24,731 bases of DNA from a virus. Its lineage: Duplodnaviria > Caudoviricetes. A program made the position numbers and the translations under genes. The notes beneath the pieces were generated by a model. The model was not told where the DNA came from. It did not search any database and saw only the letters and a program-made list of their open reading frames with translations. Of the stretch, positions 19,371 through 24,731 are shown piece by piece (within the stretch, counting starts at the first letter, position 1; every line of letters begins with the position of its first letter). The DNA lies in IMG/VR virus record IMGVR_UViG_3300030329_001853, positions 1-24,731 of that record; one strand, 5' to 3'.

Positions 19371-19468
19371 TACTCAGATTCCTCTTCTTTCTTTTCTTCT
19401 TTTTTCTCTTCTTTCTTTTCTTCTACAGGCTTTTCATAACGCCTTGCTGGTCTTTGATCTGATTGCAT
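19370..19468 (-). CDS. 32-aa charged peptide (MQSDQRPARRYEKPVEEKKEEKKEEKKEEESE)
   Basis: Translated by hand; TAATG overlaps at both ends; contains an EEKK tandem repeat. Confidence 0.6.
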   Translation of the reverse strand: MQSDQRPARRYEKPVEEKKEEKKEEKKEEESE

Positions 19469-19602
19469 TAGTAAATTTCCGTAATTTCACAAGGTGTACA
19501 AGATCTACAGTGCTGATGTTCTTTCATATGTAGACCTTCAATGAAAATGAAAATGGATAGGAGTCCGAAGATCCCTACCCATAGTTCATTAAACTTCTTC
19601 AT
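19468..19602 (-). CDS. 44-aa single-pass membrane peptide with His/Cys tail (MKKFNELWVGIFGLLSIFIFIEGLHMKEHQHCRSCTPCEITEIY)
   Basis: Translated by hand; TGATG overlap with the beta-barrel stop; basic N-terminus followed by a hydrophobic segment. Confidence 0.65.
   Translation of the reverse strand: MKKFNELWVGIFGLLSIFIFIEGLHMKEHQHCRSCTPCEITEIY
19542..19580 (-). terminator. Possible terminator or stabilising hairpin just after the beta-barrel gene, inside the 44-aa ORF
   Basis: GGGUAGGGAUC-UUCG-GACUCCUAUCC (11-position stem, one mismatch, cUUCGg loop) followed by AUUUUCAUUUUC. Confidence 0.4.
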
Positions 19603-19970
19603 CAGAAGCTATACTTAATACCAACTTTGGTTCCCCATGAATTATCATCATCGGTATCAGAGTCAGCAGTCAGTAATGCGAGTTCTCCATATACATCTAC
19701 TTTAGAAGTAGCTGCAAAAGAGCCACCAACTTTGCCAGAGAATCTGGTGTCACCTTCATCAGCTCCATCCACTGCAACGATGGCTGGACCACCTTGTACA
19801 TAGAATGATGCTGTATCTGTACCACCTTCATATCCAACATGAACGTCAGTAGTTGTGCTGGTATAGTCGTTTCCGGTTAGCGAGGAGTTGGCCTCGACGT
19901 TTACATAAACACCAGCTGATGCAGGTGTCGCTAGTGCTGTTAGAGCCAGTGCGGCAAGTGCTAATTTCAT
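19602..19970 (-). CDS. Secreted outer-membrane beta-barrel-like protein (122 aa; true start most likely MKLALAALAL at 19970, not 20060)
   Basis: Sec signal peptide MKLALAALALTALATPASA with an AxA cleavage site, alternating beta-strand pattern, acidic loops and a C-terminal ...KVGIKYSF beta-signal ending in Phe. It resembles small picocyanobacterial/cyanophage OMP-like proteins. Confidence 0.8.
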   Translation of the reverse strand: MKLALAALALTALATPASAGVYVNVEANSSLTGNDYTSTTTDVHVGYEGGTDTASFYVQGGPAIVAVDGADEGDTRFSGKVGGSFAATSKVDVYGELALLTADSDTDDDNSWGTKVGIKYSF

Positions 19971-19977
19971 TTTGTTT

Positions 19978-20079
19978 TTACTTTGTTTTGATGTAAGGCA
20001 CACCACGATACTTAAGAAGTACTCGCTTTCTAATAGCTTCTCGCTCTTTAAGTAGAGCATTAAGTTCTATAGAAGACAT
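19978..20079 (-). CDS. 33-aa DUF4278-like 'downstream peptide' (MSSIELNALLKEREAIRKRVLLKYRGVPYIKTK)
   Basis: Translated by hand; GGAG Shine-Dalgarno 9 nt upstream; LxYRGVxY motif; immediately 3' of the riboswitch-like RNA. Confidence 0.8.
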   Translation of the reverse strand: MSSIELNALLKEREAIRKRVLLKYRGVPYIKTK

Positions 20080-20092
20080 AGCTTTTTCTCCA

Positions 20093-20148
20093 GTACCTAG
20101 ACCCCGTTCCATGCCTAGGTTTCATGCGTCCCGAAGGATGAACGGACG
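20093..20148 (-). ncRNA. Glutamine-II riboswitch (Downstream-peptide RNA motif) candidate
   Basis: Minus strand CCGUUC-A-UCC-UUCG-GGA-CGCAUGAA-ACCUAGGC-AUG-GAACGG-G-GUCUAGGU. P1 is CCGUUC/GAACGG, there is a cUUCGg hairpin, and an 8-bp pseudoknot ACCUAGGC/GUCUAGGU. It sits upstream of a YRG peptide. Confidence 0.8.
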
Positions 20149-20155
20149 TGGTGTT

Positions 20156-20224
20156 TTATTTTTTCTTTGTAGATTTTTTATAAGGTAATTTAACTACCTT
20201 TCCGCCTACAATTTTTTTAGGCAT
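20156..20224 (-). CDS. 22-aa Lys-rich micro-peptide ([22 protein letters not shown])
   Basis: The ATG overlaps the last codons of psbA by 8 nt, and the ORF fills the gap to the riboswitch almost exactly. Confidence 0.5.
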   Translation of the reverse strand: MPKKIVGGKVVKLPYKKSTKKK

Positions 20225-21266
20225 TTGATGTTACCTCCGTAGCTGCTAAGTCAAGAGGGAAGTTATGAGCATTACGCTCGTGCATAACTTCCATACCTAG
20301 ATCGGCTCTGTTCAGGACGTCAGCCCAGGTAGGGACAACTCTTCCTGTAGAGTCGAGGATGGATTGGTTAAAGTTAAACCCGTTGAGATTAAAAGCCATA
20401 GTGGCGATTCCCATAGAGGTAAGCCATATGCCAACGACGGGGAAAACAGCCAAGAAGAAGTGTAAACTACGACTATTGTTGAAAGAAGCATATTGGAATA
20501 TGAGTCTCCCAAAGTAACCATGAGCCGCAACAATGTTATACGTCTCCTCCTCTTGACCGAATTTGTATCCATAATTAGGAGACTCTGTTTCGGTTGTTTC
20601 TTTGATAATTGAACTGGTAACCAATGAGCCGTGCATAGCACTGAACAAAGATCCACCAAATACCGCCGCAACACCCAACATATGGAAAGGGTGCATGAGG
20701 ATATTATGTTCTGCTTGAAAGACAAACATAAAGTTGAATGTCCCTGAGATCCCCAACGGCATACCGTCAGAGAAACTTCCTTGTCCGAATGGATATACCA
20801 AGAACACTGCGAAGGAAGCTGCGACTGGTGCGGAGTAAGCAACACAAATCCATGGCCTCATTCCCAGTCGATAACTAAGTTCCCATTGGCGTCCCATATA
20901 AGCGCAGATGCCAATGAGGAAGTGGAAGACGATAAGTTGATATGGTCCTCCGTTGTAGAGCCATTCATCAAGCGTTGCAGCCTCCCATATAGGGTAGAAA
21001 TGGAGACCAATAGCATTACTGCTTGGGACAATCGCTCCAGATATAATGTTGTTTCCATAAAGTAATGAGCCTGATACTGGCTCTCTGATACCGTCAATGT
21101 CGACGGGAGGTGCGCCTATGAAGGCGATGATAAAAGCAGTTGCTGCTGTTAATAGTGCGGGGATCATGAGCACACCGAACCACCCCACATAGAGGCGGTT
21201 GTTAGTGCTCGTTACCCAGTCACAAAATTGGTTCCAATTAGAACGTTCTAATGTGGCTGTTGTCAT
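20217..21266 (-). CDS. psbA: Photosystem II reaction-centre protein D1 (349 aa)
   Basis: Unmistakable D1 sequence ([47 protein letters not shown]). YZ and the Mn-cluster ligands are present; there is no intron. Confidence 0.99.
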   Translation of the reverse strand: MTTATLERSNWNQFCDWVTSTNNRLYVGWFGVLMIPALLTAATAFIIAFIGAPPVDIDGIREPVSGSLLYGNNIISGAIVPSSNAIGLHFYPIWEAATLDEWLYNGGPYQLIVFHFLIGICAYMGRQWELSYRLGMRPWICVAYSAPVAASFAVFLVYPFGQGSFSDGMPLGISGTFNFMFVFQAEHNILMHPFHMLGVAAVFGGSLFSAMHGSLVTSSIIKETTETESPNYGYKFGQEEETYNIVAAHGYFGRLIFQYASFNNSRSLHFFLAVFPVVGIWLTSMGIATMAFNLNGFNFNQSILDSTGRVVPTWADVLNRADLGMEVMHERNAHNFPLDLAATEVTSNA

Positions 21267-21452
21267 TTAAAAGATGCCTGGGATAATTTGTCCTGTGAAC
21301 AAGTAAGCTCCAACAGCTGCCACAAATCCAATCATTGCTGACCATCCGTTAACACGTTCTGCGTTCTCGAAATACTTCTGATCAATCACTTCGACTTGTG
21401 GTTCGTTAGGGTATCTGTTGTAGCGTCCGCCTTGCTCTGTTGTAGTAGTCAT
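21267..21452 (-). CDS. hli: High-light-inducible protein (61 aa)
   Basis: AERVNGWSAMIGF chlorophyll-binding helix and C-terminal TGQIIPGIF; its stop directly abuts the psbA ATG. Confidence 0.95.
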   Translation of the reverse strand: MTTTTEQGGRYNRYPNEPQVEVIDQKYFENAERVNGWSAMIGFVAAVGAYLFTGQIIPGIF

Positions 21453-21475
21453 TAAAATAAATAATTAGGTTAATG

Positions 21476-21500
21476 GCCGAGGATGAAATTTCAGGTCGGC
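21476..21500 (-). promoter_or_regulatory. GC-clamped hairpin in the hli-psbA leader
   Basis: Minus strand GCCGA-CC-UGAAAUUUCA-UCC-UCGGC in an AT-rich spacer, 23 nt before the hli ATG. Confidence 0.4.
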
Positions 21501-21509
21501 GCTATCTAA

Positions 21510-21668
21510 CTATTTAGCTATTTGATCTGGTGTTATTTTATTATTTTTTCTCTTTTTCTTTAATTCTTCTCTTTGTGCTTCAAGCATTCTTTTTAATGCT
21601 TCTCTTTGTGCTCTTCTTTTGTATGCGTCATACTGTTCAACATCACGCATTGATTGAGTAATTGCCAT
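21510..21668 (-). CDS. 52-aa basic helical hypothetical protein (MAITQSMRDVEQYDAYKRRAQREALKRMLEAQREELKKKRKNNKITPDQIAK)
   Basis: Translated by hand; the ATG is 2 nt after the scaffold stop, and the ORF fills the gap before the hli leader. Confidence 0.65.
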   Translation of the reverse strand: MAITQSMRDVEQYDAYKRRAQREALKRMLEAQREELKKKRKNNKITPDQIAK

Positions 21669-21670
21669 AG

Positions 21671-22453
21671 TTAGAAATCAAGATCGGATCTATCGAGTTT
21701 GGCTATAACATCCTGTCGATAAGCAGGATCAGCGTCATATCTAGGGTCAGACATAGCAGCTACTAGTTCCTGTTGACTACGGAATACATCTCCCGATGAC
21801 TTAGGTTGTTTACCTGTGAGCATCCGTCCTTCGTAGCCATTCTCATTTTCATATTGAGCTTTCATTCCTTGTACTGCTAATTGAATAGCCTTTGCATTCC
21901 CTGAATTAACTAAGGAATCAAAAGCTTCTACTGTATCTTTATCTAAAGTTTCAGATGCCCAATTAACTAAAGACTCATACTGCTTCTCTCCTCCTACTGA
22001 GTTCTTAATAGTATTAATCTCAGCATCAGATAAATCAGCAGCTATTTGTGTTTGTGGGTTATCGGATTGCATCTCCATGTAGGCTTTAACTAGATCACTA
22101 CTACTCATCTCAGAGAACTTAGCCATAGTCTCTGGTGTGATTTCTCCTTTCTCAGAGAATTCAGTCGAAGCATCTGTGATTAATGAAACAGCAGGTGAAG
22201 CTTCAACTTCTTCTTCCTCTACCTCTCCTTCTTCTGTCTCAGTAGTTCCCTCTTCAGGTGTCTCCTCCGAAGAGCCAAGTTTCTTTTGCAGTTCGACATA
22301 AGCTTTTTCTAATTCTTCTGCATTTTTATATTTTCCAGCAAGTAATGCATCTTGCTCACCTTGTAACTGTTCACCTACTTCTAAAGATTCTTGCTCTTCA
22401 GGTGTAAGTACTTCAGTCTCAGGTGCGTTGTTATACGAAAGTGTTTCAGCCAT
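21671..22453 (-). CDS. Capsid assembly scaffolding protein, T7 gp9-like (260 aa)
   Basis: Acidic protein with LAGKYKNAEELEKAYVELQKKLG, VGGEKQYESLVNWA and AMSDPRYDADPAYRQDV motifs. Confidence 0.95.
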   Translation of the reverse strand: MAETLSYNNAPETEVLTPEEQESLEVGEQLQGEQDALLAGKYKNAEELEKAYVELQKKLGSSEETPEEGTTETEEGEVEEEEVEASPAVSLITDASTEFSEKGEITPETMAKFSEMSSSDLVKAYMEMQSDNPQTQIAADLSDAEINTIKNSVGGEKQYESLVNWASETLDKDTVEAFDSLVNSGNAKAIQLAVQGMKAQYENENGYEGRMLTGKQPKSSGDVFRSQQELVAAMSDPRYDADPAYRQDVIAKLDRSDLDF

Positions 22454-24024
22454 TATTCTTCGGGCGGTGGTTCGGGTGTTTCTTGATTATTAGGTTCGAA
22501 GTTAGGGTTCTTACTAGGGTCCATAACAGGTGCTCTAGCTAATTGACCAGCTTGATCTACTAAGGATTGATTCATTGCATCAGCTTGTCTTAGTTCTTTA
22601 TCCTGTTTCATCTGTTCAGGAGTCTTAACTAGATTCAATACATCTATACCTTGAGCTGCAGCTAAGCGTTTAATAGCTTCAGAAGGATCGATGAATCTCA
22701 TCAAAGCCTCTGGTCCTAATGTCTGAGCGATAGTAGTTACGAATGCAGTGAGACTTTCTCTGTCTTGTCCTCTGCCTAGTGCGTTAACACCTGCAACTAT
22801 CTGAGGAGATACCATATCTTTAGGTATCTTAGGTAGTTGACCATTACGTTGTAGTACTAATAATGTTCTATTGAGATAAGGAACTAATAGTTCAACTGTA
22901 AGTAAACTGAATAGTCCTCCAAGCTGTTGCTCTAGTTCTAGTTGAGTAAGGCGTACTTCTTCTGCTGTAGTTCTTTCTGACTGTCTTACATTCAATATAA
23001 GGAAAGCTTCTGAAAGTCTACGTTCAATTTGGTTAGCCATTTCCGCTGCTGTTCTGAAGTCAGCAGTCTTGCTTACTTGTACAACTTGTACATCCTCTGG
23101 TCTACCTTGAATAATCGCACCATTACCTGCACTAGCTAAAGTACTAGGTTTAGTTGTTGAACTAGGAGATACAAGGAATACAACTTTAGCTGCAGCGGCG
23201 CTGCCTTCGACTAAAGCTTGTGATAATGCCTCAAGACTTCTTAGGTCTCCAAGGAATTCTTCTACTCTAGAACGTCCATAGTCTTCTCCATCAACAGTAT
23301 TGAATCTAAGAACTAACCAAGGTGAGGCATTCTTAGGAGCTGTACTTCTACTGTCAGGAAGAATCTTATCTAAACATTCTTGATGCCATACCCATCGACC
23401 ATTCTCTAGTCGTACATAGGTATAGACTTCTAAATCATCATTACCTACTGTCTCATCTGAAACAGTGGTTGGATCAGGTTCAGGTAAATCAATACCTAAA
23501 ATCTTTCTACTGATTAATTCTTTAGTAACGATTTCTAAGACGTTACCATTACCATCTCTATTAACGACAAAACGATTAAGTGGATAGTTCTTTAGACCAT
23601 CCTTACCCATAAAGATTAAGGCGTTACCACCTACGATCAAATGTTTTAAGGCTTGATGAACTACAACTCTGTCACTAGAGGCAGCAATGTAATCCATAAT
23701 AATCCTTTCCATCTTAGAGAAAGAAAGGTCTAGTTCACTTCTGATCTCTGCAGGTAACTCTTCACCTAATTTGTCATCTCTTACTTGTAGTTTAAAGAAG
23801 GTTGTTTGTGGTGGTAACAGTGCAAGCATTAGTTTTGCTGCTAATGTCACAACTGCTTTAGCTCCCACGCTTTGCCAGGGTGTTGTTAAGCGTCTAACGG
23901 AAGGTCTGGCATTTGTATCTTCACTAATTAGATAAGGCAGTGTTAGCTTTGAGCAATCCACTGCTGTATCTAAAAACTGAGATCTACCAGAACTTAATTT
24001 GTTATATCTAGTTCTGGCATTCAT
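22453..24024 (-). CDS. Portal / head-tail connector, T7 gp8-like (523 aa)
   Basis: WQSVGAKAVVTLAAKLMLALLPP, GEDYGRSRVEE and ERTTAEEVR motifs. Confidence 0.97.
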   Translation of the reverse strand: MNARTRYNKLSSGRSQFLDTAVDCSKLTLPYLISEDTNARPSVRRLTTPWQSVGAKAVVTLAAKLMLALLPPQTTFFKLQVRDDKLGEELPAEIRSELDLSFSKMERIIMDYIAASSDRVVVHQALKHLIVGGNALIFMGKDGLKNYPLNRFVVNRDGNGNVLEIVTKELISRKILGIDLPEPDPTTVSDETVGNDDLEVYTYVRLENGRWVWHQECLDKILPDSRSTAPKNASPWLVLRFNTVDGEDYGRSRVEEFLGDLRSLEALSQALVEGSAAAAKVVFLVSPSSTTKPSTLASAGNGAIIQGRPEDVQVVQVSKTADFRTAAEMANQIERRLSEAFLILNVRQSERTTAEEVRLTQLELEQQLGGLFSLLTVELLVPYLNRTLLVLQRNGQLPKIPKDMVSPQIVAGVNALGRGQDRESLTAFVTTIAQTLGPEALMRFIDPSEAIKRLAAAQGIDVLNLVKTPEQMKQDKELRQADAMNQSLVDQAGQLARAPVMDPSKNPNFEPNNQETPEPPPEE

Positions 24025-24278
24025 GTGTTAAGACCTCCTTGTCCTGCATTGGTTGGTTGACCTTGGTTTAGAGGTATGCGTAATGAATCGGTACCAACAG
24101 CTTGTTGATTTGCAGCTGCCTTCTGACCAGTAGTTCCATACTCCACTTTAGGTTTATCTTCTTCAGTTTTTAAAGGCTTTGGTTCTGGTGGTGGACCTGG
24201 AGGATCAGGTAAAGGTTTTGGTACTGGAGGTGGTGAAGGATTTTGAATCCTCGGTACTTCAGGTTTGAATAAACACAT
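24021..24278 (-). CDS. Small proline-rich virion protein, T7 gp6.7-like position (85 aa)
   Basis: MC start, Pro-rich segment, C-terminal SLRIPL...GGLN; overlaps the portal start. Confidence 0.65.
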   Translation of the reverse strand: MCLFKPEVPRIQNPSPPPVPKPLPDPPGPPPEPKPLKTEEDKPKVEYGTTGQKAAANQQAVGTDSLRIPLNQGQPTNAGQGGLNT

Positions 24279-24280
24279 GG

Positions 24281-24469
24281 TTAGTCTTCTTCTAATTTTC
24301 TTTTGACGTATTCCACCACGCTCTGTTGGCCAGCTTTAAACATGATCTCTTCAGCGGACATCTTTGGATGAACCATAAGGTTCCCAAAATTGTTCTCTAA
24401 ATCTTCAGCTAATTGTTCCAATGATTGGCGATGAAATTTAAGCGTATTGTGGGAGGTTTGTATTTGCAT
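24281..24469 (-). CDS. 62-aa conserved hypothetical protein, T7 gp6.5-like position (likely start MQIQTSHN at 24469)
   Basis: The ATG at 24469 reduces the overlap with the upstream gene. The HPK...IMFKAGQQSVVEYVK motif is seen in cyanopodoviruses. Confidence 0.65.
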   Translation of the reverse strand: MQIQTSHNTLKFHRQSLEQLAEDLENNFGNLMVHPKMSAEEIMFKAGQQSVVEYVKRKLEED

Positions 24470-24731
24470 GTTCGAAAAATGCTGGCATCCGAGCTGCTTT
24501 GGTGTCAGAAAATTGAGGTGCTTTGCCCTCATACATCAACCGATCGCTCGCATCCAGCCAAAATTTTTTGTCTAAATATTTATCAGTAGTATTTATACCT
24601 AGGGGTTGAAGAACCCAGTTAATGGTGGCCTTCCTAAGTTTATCCAAACTATTGCTAGGAGATAAGCCCAACTCACGACATACAAGGCTATTAGTGGCCA
24701 CGTGTATTTGTTCGTCTCTACTGATGTCGGC
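24438..24731 (-). CDS. nrdB: C-terminal part of a ferritin-like class I ribonucleotide reductase beta subunit (5'-truncated by the window)
   Basis: The frame is open to the window edge and reads ADISRDEQIHVATNSLVC, giving the DExxH metal-ligand motif of R2 proteins. The position matches the RNR locus of P-SSP7-like phages. Confidence 0.65.
   Translation of the reverse strand, partial: ADISRDEQIHVATNSLVCRELGLSPSNSLDKLRKATINWVLQPLGINTTDKYLDKKFWLDASDRLMYEGKAPQFSDTKAARMPAFFEHANTNLPQYA

Noticed and set aside
19245-19439. Plus-strand 64-aa ORF with SSFF repeats
   Set aside because: It is the antisense of the EEKK peptide and the 51-aa ORF, which have exact stop/start coupling on the coding strand.
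19971-20060. 30-aa N-terminal extension of the beta-barrel ORF given in the track
   Set aside because: It would bury the signal peptide and overlap the YRG peptide, which has its own Shine-Dalgarno.
20312-21097. Alternative-frame and antisense ORFs inside psbA (177, 94 and 79 aa)
   Set aside because: These are expected by-products of a conserved, more GC-rich gene and have no independent support.
24470-24532. Longer start for the gp6.5-position ORF (MRAKHL...)
   Set aside because: It would overlap the RNR beta-like gene by 95 nt; the ATG at 24469 is more plausible.

Overview
This is a ~24.7 kb late-gene segment of a T7-like marine cyanopodovirus (Autographiviridae, P-SSP7-like, picocyanobacterial host inferred from hli and psbA). 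Every credible gene is on the minus strand. In reading order the genes are: the C-terminus of a ferritin-fold ribonucleotide reductase beta-like protein, two small gp6.5/gp6.7-position genes, portal, scaffold, a ~2.6 kb accessory island, major capsid with terminator, tail tubular A and B, gp13-16-like internal virion proteins, a gp17-like tail fibre, a 1496-aa LamG/SPRY-type second fibre and a small tail-associated ORF. The island between scaffold and capsid is the most interesting part. Besides hli and psbA it holds six micro-ORFs missing from the ORF track. It also holds a glutamine-II (Downstream-peptide) riboswitch-like pseudoknot ahead of a YRG-motif (DUF4278-like) peptide, a signal-peptide-bearing outer-membrane beta-barrel gene, a His/Cys-tailed membrane peptide, and a multi-stem leader upstream of the capsid gene. 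Family assignments come from motif recognition and synteny, not from database searches.
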